DNA from: a virus
Lineage: Duplodnaviria; Caudoviricetes
Direction: 5' to 3' (one strand)
Virus record (IMG/VR): IMGVR_UViG_3300037010_001838
DNA: 64,000 nucleotides
Shown here piece by piece: positions 1 to 9,798 of this stretch. A model generated the notes under the pieces. The model was not told the DNA's origin. It ran no database searches and saw only the letters and a program-made list of their open reading frames with translations. Position numbers and translations under genes: made by a program. How positions within the stretch are numbered: the first letter of the stretch is position 1; the number at the start of each line of letters is the position of its first letter.

Positions 1-162
1 ATCGACACTGATGCTGAAACGGCTGAAGTGAAAATTAATAATAAATGTTGACACCAACTGATGTTTAATAGATAATGGGTTATCTTTTGTTCCATGTGTT
101 CGCAAAACACAAAGGTTCGCCAAACCACGAGCAAGAATTCTTAACTTTAAAGGTAAAAATAA

Positions 163-612
163 ATGTCTCTTATTGAACAAATTAAAACTGACCAAATTGT
201 TGCACGTAAATCTAAATCCGACGCTGCAAGTTTGTTGACCACACTTTACAGTGAAGCGTTGATGGTTGGAAAAAATGCTACACCACCTAGAGACCCAACC
301 GATGCAGAAGTTATAAACACAATTAAAAAATTCCTTAAAGGTGTCAACGAAAATATATCTTACGCTGGTGACCGACAGGATGCTGACTGGCGTGACGCGT
401 TAGAAATTGAACGAGAAATTTTGGAATATTACCTTCCGAAACAACTTTCCGTTGAAGAATTGACTTCTATTATTACTAAATTTATTTTAAATGGTGGGAT
501 TGCAACCCCAAAAGGAACAGGTCTTATTATGCAATATCTAAAAAATACATACGAGGGCATGTATGACGGGAAAGTTGCATCTGATATTATTAAAGGATTA
601 CTAAAACAATGA
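163..612 (+). CDS. yqeY: GatB/YqeY domain protein (tRNA-binding-like)
   Basis: 149 aa; MSLIEQIKTDQIVARK start and E.EILEYYLPKQLS.EEL motif typical of YqeY. Confidence 0.75.
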   Translation: MSLIEQIKTDQIVARKSKSDAASLLTTLYSEALMVGKNATPPRDPTDAEVINTIKKFLKGVNENISYAGDRQDADWRDALEIEREILEYYLPKQLSVEELTSIITKFILNGGIATPKGTGLIMQYLKNTYEGMYDGKVASDIIKGLLKQ

Positions 613-878
613 TAACTCAATATTACAAAATAAAAGCAACTCAAGAGAATATTGAGCATGGATATCCTGGATGTTTCGTCCTAGACGATTCTGATGATAA
701 AATCGTCGGTTTCGTTGATTTTGTTTCTGATTGTGAAATGGCTATTATGTTATTTGAACCAATGGATATAAACGTCCCAGGAATGGTAAATATTAGTTCA
801 ACATGTGACTGGGAAAAACGTCTTGTTGATATATTAGAGAACGATGTCGATATGGCACTCCAGTGGCTTTCACACTGA
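609..878 (+). CDS. hypothetical protein
   Basis: 89-aa ORF, ATGA overlap with upstream gene. Confidence 0.6.
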   Translation: MITQYYKIKATQENIEHGYPGCFVLDDSDDKIVGFVDFVSDCEMAIMLFEPMDINVPGMVNISSTCDWEKRLVDILENDVDMALQWLSH

Positions 879-884
879 ATTCTG

Positions 885-1217
885 ATGAATGAAGAAAAAA
901 CTTTTGACTATTGGATGAATCTATTCAAGGATAATCCAACAGAGTTCAACAAACAACGTAATGAAGCAATTCATGATGCTGTTATGGGGTGGCAAGAAGA
1001 CCCCGATAAACAGAAACAAATGGAAGCTAAAATATTCAACATGAACCTCCGATTAGACCGTATTCATGATTCAACAGAACGGTTCAATAAGGTTCAATCT
1101 ATATTTTGGACCCAATTCTATGCGTTTCAGTATGAGATGCAAGTGTTTAGTGGGGAAATTCGTTCCAATGTAGAACAGTCAAGATTAAGGATTGTTGTTG
1201 ACAACACAAAACAGTAA
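885..1217 (+). CDS. hypothetical protein (DUF3135-like)
   Basis: 110 aa; FDYWMNLFKDNPTEF start resembles the DUF3135 family. Confidence 0.5.
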   Translation: MNEEKTFDYWMNLFKDNPTEFNKQRNEAIHDAVMGWQEDPDKQKQMEAKIFNMNLRLDRIHDSTERFNKVQSIFWTQFYAFQYEMQVFSGEIRSNVEQSRLRIVVDNTKQ

Positions 1218-1226
1218 AGGAAAATC

Positions 1227-1691
1227 ATGCTTGAAATGAAAGATGGCTCACCAATAGAAGTTTCAATATCAAACGGCTTTAAATTAACCGAAGCACTCCC
1301 CGTTGTTCGAAAGTTCTTGCGGGGTCGTGATTATATTCGCCTATACGGAACTACAGTAATTTCACTTGAAGGTGTTCAAACAGTTGTTGATGATTGTGTT
1401 GTTATGTTTGACGATTTTAATACAATGACCGGTTATCCTGTTGGCCAAAGCTCTTTTGACAAATATGAAATTATGAACGATTCGAATGGAACAAACCCCG
1501 GAACAGCAACAAAAAGAGATACTACGATTTATCTTTCCAAACAATTCAAAGAAGACACATTTAGGTGTTCTATTTGGAATGGTAGTGTTTTGGAAAGTAT
1601 TCCAAGTGATTATCTGGTTGCAAATGTAAGCAATGAAGACTATCGAGTTTTAAAAAGCAATATTTTTGATATTTCGTACAAAGCAATATAA
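1227..1691 (+). CDS. hypothetical protein
   Basis: 154-aa ORF with AAGGA RBS. Confidence 0.6.
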   Translation: MLEMKDGSPIEVSISNGFKLTEALPVVRKFLRGRDYIRLYGTTVISLEGVQTVVDDCVVMFDDFNTMTGYPVGQSSFDKYEIMNDSNGTNPGTATKRDTTIYLSKQFKEDTFRCSIWNGSVLESIPSDYLVANVSNEDYRVLKSNIFDISYKAI

Positions 1692-1815
1692 CAATTTCAA
1701 TGTATAACTGGCCGCCTTGGTTATATTGGATTTGGGGACAAACGATTCGAACGATTCTTTTACCCTTGGTGTTGATTGTTAGATTGTTTGAGTGGGTTTA
1801 TAAATACACTAACAT

Positions 1816-1892
1816 GCGGGAGTAGCTCAGTTGGTTAGAGCGCAACTTTGCCAAAGTTGAGGTCGAGAGTTCAAGTCTCTTTTCCCGCTCCA
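1816..1892 (+). tRNA. tRNA-Gly(GCC)
   Basis: full cloverleaf, CAACT-TTGCCAA-AGTTG, encoded CCA; TATAAATA at 1799-1806. Confidence 0.95.
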
Positions 1893-2083
1893 AAAATTCT
1901 TTCTTAATGGAGATAAACATTAAGTGGTGGGTTGACTTTAAACGGGCTTCGGTCCGTTTTTTGTTATCTGTTGACATCACAGTGATTTAAGTGTAAAATT
2001 CAGTTATGTTCAAAATTACAGAGATAATCTGATGATTCGTTACGCCGTTCAATATACGCACACTTCCTCAAATAAGATTTGTT

Positions 2084-2545
2084 ATGAGTCCATTGGTAAG
2101 GGTTCATCAGAGAACCGCCAAGATGCTCACCTTTACACAAACTCCAACCTCGCTAACGACAAAGTTAGGTATTATTCAACAACACCCCCAGTGGTATACA
2201 AACGTCGAGGTTGTTCCCGTTGAAGCAATTTGTCTTGACGACAAATTTCATTTAATGAATGATGAACTAATGATGATTAATCACAAATGTATGAAAGAAG
2301 AGTGGCACGATCGCTGTTGTTGTAACTGTTTCTGGCGATGGACAGATTATGGTCACCCCTGGACAAACAAAACTAGCGTTACTACTCCAAGAGGTTATGT
2401 TTGTGCTAGTCCTGAGCTTTGGCGTGATGGTGAAATGAGTGTGTTGAGTGAATGGGGTGAACACGGACTTTGTGAAGTTTGGACTGGAAAAGATGAAGTA
2501 GTGTTAACGATTGATTATAAACAAAGAAACAAAAATGAATCTTGA
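2084..2545 (+). CDS. hypothetical Cys-rich protein
   Basis: 153-aa ORF; true start may be further downstream. Confidence 0.45.
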   Translation: MSPLVRVHQRTAKMLTFTQTPTSLTTKLGIIQQHPQWYTNVEVVPVEAICLDDKFHLMNDELMMINHKCMKEEWHDRCCCNCFWRWTDYGHPWTNKTSVTTPRGYVCASPELWRDGEMSVLSEWGEHGLCEVWTGKDEVVLTIDYKQRNKNES

Positions 2546-3017
2546 AATCGAACGAAAGTTTCTAGTAAAAAACGATAATTGGAAGAACAATATCGTTCGA
2601 ACTTTTCATATTAAACAAGCATACATTGCTCCGAATACTCGAGTTCGGATAAAGACTGAATCTGTTCCCCAGGTCCTGTCTTGGTACAGAATGACTATTA
2701 AAAAAGACACTGGTGATATGTTGAGGCGGGAGGAATTCGAATTTGATATCGAACCAACGTTAGCCAAGGAGTTATTTTCAGCCTTTGAACATAATTCCAT
2801 AGAGAAGGTTCGCTACATTGTTAAAAATAATTATCACTTGTGGGAAGTTGATGTGTTTAGGGGAAAACACGAGGGGCTTATCGTAGCCGAAATCGAGTTT
2901 AATCAAAACAAATCTCAGCTAGAAATTGATAGTTTAATTTTACCAGATTGGGTTGGTGAAGAAGTTACGAACGACCACCAATACACTAACAGTTGTATTG
3001 CTTTTAATAGGGTCTAA
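2535..3017 (+). CDS. CYTH-domain protein (triphosphatase/adenylate cyclase-like)
   Basis: N-terminal EIERKFLV, plus WEVDVF and IVAEIE motifs. Confidence 0.9.
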   Translation: MNLEIERKFLVKNDNWKNNIVRTFHIKQAYIAPNTRVRIKTESVPQVLSWYRMTIKKDTGDMLRREEFEFDIEPTLAKELFSAFEHNSIEKVRYIVKNNYHLWEVDVFRGKHEGLIVAEIEFNQNKSQLEIDSLILPDWVGEEVTNDHQYTNSCIAFNRV

Positions 3018-3018
3018 T

Positions 3019-3273
3019 ATGATGAATACAGAAATTTTTAAATTTGCGGCTCAATATACCATATTCGACCCTTCTAATCGTGAACATAGGACAATTGTTT
3101 ATGAATTTTTACGAACGAAATCCTGGCGGCACACAAATGTTCGTTTTGTGTTGGAACGTTCCTATTCGGATGTAATCCGCATGATTACAGAAAAATTGGC
3201 TGACTATTACATGAAAAACGAGTTTAATTTTTCCAAAAATGAACCCACTATTCATGCGGGAATTGGTATTTAA
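3019..3273 (+). CDS. hypothetical protein
   Basis: ORF contiguous with the CYTH gene. Confidence 0.55.
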   Translation: MMNTEIFKFAAQYTIFDPSNREHRTIVYEFLRTKSWRHTNVRFVLERSYSDVIRMITEKLADYYMKNEFNFSKNEPTIHAGIGI

Positions 3274-3364
3274 AGTCAGCGAACTCCTTGTTTATAGTAA
3301 ATAAATTCAATGAGAAACATTTGTTGACATTATTTAAAAGAACAAGTAATATTAGCAAATGATT

Positions 3365-3438
3365 GCTCAATTGGCTTAATGGTAAAGCAGGTGCTTCTAA
3401 AACACTTGACCGTCGGTTCGATTCCGACATTGGGCACC
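3365..3438 (+). tRNA. amber suppressor tRNA (CUA anticodon)
   Basis: acceptor GCTCAAT/ATTGGGC, D stem GCTT/AAGC, loop TT-CTA-AA (3395-3401) with a C31-A39 mismatch, T arm GTCGG-TTCGATT-CCGAC. Confidence 0.75.
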
Positions 3439-3612
3439 GAGAAGTTAGAAAAGGGTGTGGTTCAATTCCACAGGAAGGGATCCGAAGCTCTATAAAGGAC
3501 CGAGCGTTTCTAACGATGATTAAAAGTGTAGTAAATTGGAGATAACATCAATGATCAGGACTGGTACGCCATTCTTTAGTGAAAAACAGACCGTCTACAC
3601 TTTCGTATTAAT

Positions 3613-3688
3613 TGCGGGGTAGAGGAGGTAGTTCATCACCGGTCTCATAAGCCGAAATAGGTCAGTGCAAGTCTGACCCCCGCTACCA
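3613..3688 (+). tRNA. tRNA-Met(CAU), initiator-like
   Basis: loop CT-CAT-AA, unpaired 1:72, CCA end. Confidence 0.85.
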
Positions 3689-3950
3689 ATTTCTTACTAT
3701 AGAAAGATGAATGGTATATGACGACCCGTCTTGGTACGAAAAAGTGTGAAATGAAGGACCGTTTTTATTTCACGTGTGAACGTGAGTTTACATCGGTTTT
3801 ATCAAAGATTAGAGAATACCATAATGTAGTTGTGGAAATTGGGCGACTGGTTACGTAACAGACGATGAAGAAATAGAATGTGATTTTGAAGTTAGTACAA
3901 AATTAGTTGTTGACAATACGAAATAAAGTAGTAAAATAGACTTTGAGTTG

Positions 3951-4087
3951 TTTTTGTTGTGTTGTGCTCTCGCAAGGAGCTCACCCAGGTTGGGTTAGTT
4001 TGGATTGTTCTTCGAAATCAACCAGGAGAAGGCAAGGTGGTTACTCCAAGTGTAAGAGAACATGAGGAGTAAACAATACAACAAAAA
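3951..4087 (+). ncRNA. candidate small structured RNA
   Basis: terminal pairing TTTTTGTTGTGTTG/CAATACAACAAAAA, GCAA-capped hairpin, sigma70-like promoter upstream; shares AACATGAGGAGT with the large RNA. Confidence 0.5.
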
Positions 4088-4139
4088 TAATTTAAATATC
4101 TGTTGACTTAATGAAGAAGTTAGTATAAAGTATACAGAT

Positions 4140-5190
4140 AGTATTAAGAAAGTCACTCTTTTAATTAGTTCTGTGAATTCAGAACGTTTCATCAGAAACA
4201 ATTTAAAAGATAAAGAATTACGCGCTTGTGCAAAGTAACCAACAGCGATGTTGTGAAAGCGGTAGGTCCTACAACTACCGCGCCCTGTAAGGGGTACAAA
4301 CAAGCAAGCCTGACCTACTCCGAAAGGAGCTGATTATCGCCAACGGTAGTCATATGAGGGAAGTTAGGGGTGTGGAAAGAACGAATGTTTACAAGCCTGC
4401 TCTGCAGGGAACTTGGGCATTTGGAGAGTAACGGGTTGTGCCGACCTCACGCCTACACAAACTAGCCATCTCAAAAGGTAAAGGGTAGTACAGTGGTCCG
4501 AACCCGCAAGTAAGGGCTGTTGTGCAAGTTGAGGGGGTTTTGGTACCTGTAATAGGGTGTCACGATTCCTGAAAACTGGTTGAGTAGTCGGCAGATGAAA
4601 AACATGAGGAGTGTGGTATTTTTATACTCAAAAGGTATGAAATCCACTGGAAACGCACTTCTTGGTAGGTTTAACAATGTTAGGGTTAACAGCCCATATA
4701 AATTTGGATTATATTACATAAAACGCAAAGACGTTTCCAGTGTAAAGTGAAAATGGCTTAATCCTTCAGCCGCAAGGTAATGAAGGCGTCCAAAACTCGC
4801 AAGGTCGAGGATGTTGAAAGAAAGTCGCACGCAGAGAGTTAGCGCTCTTGTACAGCTCGCAAGGTTGGCGGTAGACAGATAATCGAGTAGCTTTACATGT
4901 TGGTGGAAAAGCAACCACTTAAAAAATGCAGTCATGTTGATAGACATAGTTGTGCGAAAGCTGATTATGTGGATAAGAGAAGAACTCTAGCTGTAGCAGG
5001 TGATGAGATAATGTCTCGAAGGTATCAATAGTATAGGTTTAATCTCAACCTTATACAAAGTAAATGCCTCGATTGGGGTGTCTGCTTTAAACAATCTGTG
5101 TAGAACCTCCCTTGTAAAAGGGGTTAGAGAGTTGGTAATGTAGATTGTTTAAAGCAGACTTATGAACTGCCACTTTGAAAAAAGAGAGTA
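4140..5190 (+). ncRNA. large ornate ncRNA candidate (GOLLD/ROOL-like class)
   Basis: ~1 kb without a credible ORF, raised GC, many GNRA-capped hairpins, perfect 18-bp (5080-5097/5142-5159) and 11-bp (4645-4655/4732-4742) helices, next to tRNAs; boundaries approximate. Confidence 0.65.
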
Positions 5191-5307
5191 CACGCTCTTG
5201 ATAAATCGTGTCAATGGGCCAGACCATTGGGAAAAATTTTCCGATAACTGCGAATAATATCGTTGATTTTTGATTTTAATCACCGTAAAATGTCTTTATT
5301 GAAGTTT

Positions 5308-5407
5308 GAGACACATATAGCAAACCAAAATTCTGCGCTTCACGGCGCACATTGGAGTGTGATCCACTTAAAACATCGGCTGATTGGACCTTCCAGTTGG
5401 TGTCTCG
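5308..5407 (+). ncRNA. stem-ACAGCAA family RNA copy E0
   Basis: GAGACAC-ATATAGCAA...GTGTCTC-G terminal helix with internal hairpins. Confidence 0.55.
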
Positions 5408-5417
5408 TAAAAAGTTT

Positions 5418-5574
5418 AAGACGCACACAGCAATCTTTTGACTTTGAGAAGTTGTGGAGAATCTGGGAAGTGGAGGAGCTTGCTCTTGTGAAGCTTCCCA
5501 GTGGAGACTACAACAAAAACGTGCTACCGTGTTTCAATACGGTAGGTGTTGACCGAGCTTCGGTTGGCGTCTTG
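5418..5574 (+). ncRNA. stem-ACAGCAA family RNA copy E1
   Basis: AAGACGC-ACACAGCAA...GCGTCTT-G terminal helix with several internal hairpins. Confidence 0.6.
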
Positions 5575-5597
5575 TTAAATTAACGAAAAGGATCAAA

Positions 5598-5819
5598 ATG
5601 ACTACCAAAAAAGCAAAGAAAGATCAAGCAGTTGCAGTGATTATTGGAAAACCCAACCGGCATTTTAAGTTACCAGGATCAATTAAGCGTGTGATGGTTT
5701 CAATTGAAGATAAGCATGCACGTGGAGCATATAAACGTGCTATGATTTCAGCTGAATTGACATACCAAGCAAACAAAAAGAAGCGTGTTGAACGAACTGA
5801 TACTAGTAAAGATGAATAA
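5598..5819 (+). CDS. small basic hypothetical protein
   Basis: 73 aa, AAAGGA RBS, Lys/Arg-rich. Confidence 0.7.
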   Translation: MTTKKAKKDQAVAVIIGKPNRHFKLPGSIKRVMVSIEDKHARGAYKRAMISAELTYQANKKKRVERTDTSKDE

Positions 5820-6043
5820 TGGATTCTCAACCAGTTATTAATTTTAACACCGTATTGGTGGAAATTTCAAAACTGGAACTTAATCCAGGTGATGTTTTAG
5901 TCATAAAAGTTCATGACGATTCTCTATTTAAGAAGAGTAACATAATAGAAATTTCGAACGCACTTGACAAAGCGTTGCCTAAAGACGTAAAAGCAGTTAT
6001 AGTTCCATCACAATATGAATTTCAAGTTATAAGAAATCTTTAA
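5819..6043 (+). CDS. hypothetical protein
   Basis: 74-aa ORF overlapping the upstream stop. Confidence 0.6.
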   Translation: MDSQPVINFNTVLVEISKLELNPGDVLVIKVHDDSLFKKSNIIEISNALDKALPKDVKAVIVPSQYEFQVIRNL

Positions 6044-6050
6044 TAGTTTA

Positions 6051-6113
6051 AAGACACTAACAGCAATCGCATAATACATTAGACATTTAATCTAACCAGT
6101 AAAATGTGTCTTG
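6051..6113 (+). ncRNA. stem-ACAGCAA family RNA copy E2
   Basis: AAGACAC-TAACAGCAA...GTGTCTT-G directly before the RBS of the TROVE-like gene. Confidence 0.6.
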
Positions 6114-6129
6114 ATAAAAGGAGAAACAA

Positions 6130-7632
6130 GTGAGCAAAGAATTTGTGGATGCCCTTTCTATTACAACCAATGTAGCGCACACGGAAAATGGTGCTGTTGC
6201 ATTTGATACAACCAAATCAGCTATGTTGGATTTGTTTGCACAAGGGGGTGCACTCCGCAATCGTGCTGATGATGAAATTCTTCGTTTGTTTTCAAAAGCT
6301 TATGCAGAAAATGCATTGTTTGCCACTCGTGCTATGTTCTATTTCAGGGACGCTCGTGGTGGTCAAGGTGAACGCGATACATTTAGAAAGCAATTAAAGT
6401 GGTTGATTAACGTTAACCCTGACGCTGTCCGTAAAAACATTAAACTTATTCCATACTTTGGACGTTGGGATGATTTGTATGTGTTATTTGATACAGAACT
6501 TGAAACAGATGCAATTACACTAATCTTTACACAGATTGCCGAAGACACGGCATCTGAACATCCCTCGTTGCTTGCAAAATGGTTGAAAAGTGAAAACGCT
6601 TCTTCAAAAGAAACGAAACGACTTGCAACAAAAACTCGTATAGGTCTTAAATTAAGTTCCAAAGCATATCGCTTGATGTTGAGCACTCTTCGTAAGAAAA
6701 TTAACATCGTTGAACGGTTGGTGTCTGCCAATCAGTGGGATAGTATTGAATACAGTGCCGTTCCTTCTCAAGCTAACTTGTTATATGGGAAAGCTTTCTT
6801 CACGCATGACGCTGAACGCCGTAAGAAATTCTTGGATTCTTTAAAGACTGGCGAAAAGAAAATCAATGCGAGTGTTCTTTTTCCATATGAAATCGTCCAT
6901 AAAGCACTTACGGTGGGCAGGAACACACCACAACACGAACGCCAACTCATAGATGCGTTGTGGGACGCTCTTCCAAACTATATTGGAGATAAACAAGAAA
7001 ATGCTCTTGCTGTAGTTGATGTGTCTGGTTCTATGGCTGGTCTTCCATTGGAAGTTGCTATTTCGGTTGGAATGTATTTGGCTGAACGTAACACTTGTGA
7101 AGCTTATCATAACAAGTTCATTACTTTTAGCTCTACACCTCAACTACTTAAAATTCAGGGAGCTGACCTTGTTGAAAAAATAGCTAATATGAATAGTTCT
7201 GCATGGGAAATGAATACAGATATTCAAGCTGTGTTCCGTTTGATTCTTACTGTTGCCAAACAAAACAAGTTAGCACAATCTGAATTACCACAGAAGTTGT
7301 ATATCATTTCTGATATGGAATTTGATGCCGCTATAAGCAACGCTAGATATTCTTATAAGAATCAATGTCGGGGTGTGGTTGACGAAAAATTTTTCCAAAC
7401 AATTTCTAAAGAATTTAGTGAGTGTGGATATACAATGCCCAATTTGGTGTTTTGGAATGTTGATGCTCGGAACCAACAGTTTCCAATGAGTATGGATGAG
7501 CGTGGTTTTCAAATGGTTAGTGGATGTAGTCCGTCTATCTTTAAGCACACAATAGGTGGAGAATTTATGTCTGCTTATGATTTGATGCTTGATGTTATTA
7601 ACAGTGAACGTTATCAACTCGTTACAATTTAA
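6130..7632 (+). CDS. TROVE/Ro60-related vWA protein (DUF2828-like)
   Basis: TENGA, RDARGGQGER and vWA MIDAS VVDVSGSM motifs; ISDMEFD; FWNV. Confidence 0.85.
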   Translation: MSKEFVDALSITTNVAHTENGAVAFDTTKSAMLDLFAQGGALRNRADDEILRLFSKAYAENALFATRAMFYFRDARGGQGERDTFRKQLKWLINVNPDAVRKNIKLIPYFGRWDDLYVLFDTELETDAITLIFTQIAEDTASEHPSLLAKWLKSENASSKETKRLATKTRIGLKLSSKAYRLMLSTLRKKINIVERLVSANQWDSIEYSAVPSQANLLYGKAFFTHDAERRKKFLDSLKTGEKKINASVLFPYEIVHKALTVGRNTPQHERQLIDALWDALPNYIGDKQENALAVVDVSGSMAGLPLEVAISVGMYLAERNTCEAYHNKFITFSSTPQLLKIQGADLVEKIANMNSSAWEMNTDIQAVFRLILTVAKQNKLAQSELPQKLYIISDMEFDAAISNARYSYKNQCRGVVDEKFFQTISKEFSECGYTMPNLVFWNVDARNQQFPMSMDERGFQMVSGCSPSIFKHTIGGEFMSAYDLMLDVINSERYQLVTI

Positions 7633-7635
7633 CTT

Positions 7636-8001
7636 TTGAAATATAATATGAGTAAATATACACCAGATTGTTGGGTTAAGGTCAAATTCACAAATGATGA
7701 ATTTGGAGAAATAGAAAAGATTTTTGCAGGTTGGTATGGTGGATACCTTAATGGTGACAGTTGGAAGTTAAGTTCAGGTATTACACAACAAGAAGAATTC
7801 GATGACCGTTATGAATTTACAAATTCTTCTGGTTCCGTGTATGTTTGTTATAAGGGGTCTGAACGTATGAGTGGTATAATGGGTAGTGTGTATGCGTCAT
7901 TTGCGGAACAGATTCGAGAAGCAAATGAAAAAAACTCAACGAACAAAACTTTAATGGAAATTATTCCTGTAACAGGAGATGGCGATGTTGTAACGAGTTA
8001 A
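7636..8001 (+). CDS. conserved phage hypothetical protein
   Basis: YTPDCWV...KIFAGWYGGYLNGDSWKLSSGI resembles a recurrent T4-like phage ORF. Confidence 0.7.
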   Translation: MKYNMSKYTPDCWVKVKFTNDEFGEIEKIFAGWYGGYLNGDSWKLSSGITQQEEFDDRYEFTNSSGSVYVCYKGSERMSGIMGSVYASFAEQIREANEKNSTNKTLMEIIPVTGDGDVVTS

Positions 8002-8089
8002 AGAGGGAGATTGGTTTGGAAAGAAACTAGTCGATGTGTTGGAGAAAGAATTTGTTGTTGGGGACAAAGTTGTTCGAGTAAATAGTATC

Positions 8090-8177
8090 GGAAGTATGCC
8101 AGAGCGGCTTATTGGCGCTGCCTTGAAAGCAGATGGTCCGAAAGGGCACGTGGGTTCAAATCCTACTACTTCCGCCA
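8090..8177 (+). tRNA. tRNA-Ser(UGA)
   Basis: loop CT-TGA-AA, long variable arm, G73, CCA. Confidence 0.95.
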
Positions 8178-8383
8178 AACACAACAGAAGTAAATCATGC
8201 AAATAAATCAAGATTGTCGTCCTTGATGTATCAACAAAGACAAAATTCGCCCTGGATACGAAATTCACGATTGTCCAAATATGAAAAGAGACCCAAAAGA
8301 TAAAGACATGGACACAGAAGGATATAAATGTGATGTGTGCGGACGGCGCGATTGGTTATATTATAGTGAGATGAGTTAAATAG

Positions 8384-9172
8384 ATGAAATTTCTTATTCA
8401 ACACAATTTAATGGATAAAGAACAACTTCAGTTAACAAAAGCTGCTGTTGAACAATACCCACATGAATTTGTTGGATTAATTCCTTTCTCTCGAGAAATA
8501 ACTTCAACCGAACCATTAACAGGAACCAAATACATTCCTTATGGTTCAACACTATTAACAAACCTTGCTTATGAATTAAAATGGGAAGGTCTCTATTTTG
8601 ATTTAGCTAAATTCAATTACGAAGCTGCTGCATCCAACCGTGACGATATGATGAATGCACAGTTCATTAAACCATTGAACGTGACGATTGAGTTTTTACA
8701 CACGAGACCAGATAACGAACTTTGGTTTATTCGTCCTTCAGAAGATCTGAAACAATTTTCTGGACAAATTATTGAAGCGAAAGAATGTAGAGAATGGCTC
8801 AAAGATGCAATGGAATGTGACATGTCTGGTACTTATAAAATGGAACCGGAAACGATGATTGTTCTTGCTGAACCACAGACGATTCAAGCTGAATGGCGTT
8901 GGTTTGTTGTTGGAGGGGAAATTGTTGACGGTTCCATGTACCGTGCAAATGGACAATTAATTAAAAATCATGAAACGGAAACTGGCGTTATAAAAGAAGC
9001 ACAAAAATTCGCCGATAAATGGGTACCAAGTCCGTGTTGTGTTATGGACACAGCTCTTGTCGATGACAAAATAAAGGTTATAGAATTTAACTGTATTAAC
9101 TCATCAGGTTTTTACAATCATAACGTATCAAAAATATTTTCAGCCTTATATGATTACTCAATCAATCGTTGA
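8384..9172 (+). CDS. ATP-grasp domain protein (DUF4343/R2K-like)
   Basis: FIRPSEDLKQFSG, EWRWFVVGGEIV, VMD, VIEFNCINSSGFY. Confidence 0.8.
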   Translation: MKFLIQHNLMDKEQLQLTKAAVEQYPHEFVGLIPFSREITSTEPLTGTKYIPYGSTLLTNLAYELKWEGLYFDLAKFNYEAAASNRDDMMNAQFIKPLNVTIEFLHTRPDNELWFIRPSEDLKQFSGQIIEAKECREWLKDAMECDMSGTYKMEPETMIVLAEPQTIQAEWRWFVVGGEIVDGSMYRANGQLIKNHETETGVIKEAQKFADKWVPSPCCVMDTALVDDKIKVIEFNCINSSGFYNHNVSKIFSALYDYSINR

Positions 9173-9207
9173 AAGGTTTGCGGTGTTAGTTTAAAATGTA
9201 ATTTTTT

Positions 9208-9798
9208 ATGGAGTTTCTTGAAAATAAGACAAACGAATTTGAATTAAATAATAAATTTGCTGACTTAAGTAGGTTATTTGTTTATTACAATGAACGCAAC
9301 ATGGAAGGAACAATTACTAAAGATGCTGGTGCAAGAATTTGTGATGGAATCCAAACGTTAGCAACATTTGGTGTGTGTTCAGAAGATGTTTGGCCATACT
9401 TAACTTAGCGTTTCGCCATTAAACCTGTTGATTCCGCTTATTCTGGTGCACTCTCAAGAAAAAATTTCAGCTTATGCTCGTGTGGATCGTTCAAACGGTG
9501 TAAACGGTATTAAACAAGTTTTGGCTTCAGGTTATCCTATCATATTCGGGTTTACAGTTTTCGGTAGTTTTGAAAGTGATCAAGTAGCCCAAACGGGAAT
9601 ACTGAATATGCCTGTTGATGGTGAACAATGTCAAGGAGGACACGCTGTTCTTATGGTGGGATATGATAATGCTACTCAACGAGTAATCGTCCGCAATTTT
9701 TTGGGGGGCAAGTTGGGGGCAGGGTGGATACTTTACAATGCCATATCAATACGTGGTAGATCGAAATTTAGCAAGCGATTTGTGGACAATAACCAAAT
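9208..9798 (+). pseudogene. papain-like (C1A) cysteine protease, disrupted
   Basis: LSRLFVYYNER, GGHAVLMVGYD and RNxWG remnants; in-frame TAG at 9406, frameshifts in homopolymer runs, catalytic-Cys N-terminus not found. Confidence 0.75.

Noticed and set aside
3365-3688. Attenuator for the first tRNA group
   Set aside because: The promoter runs directly into the tRNA; no leader ORF or terminator lies between.
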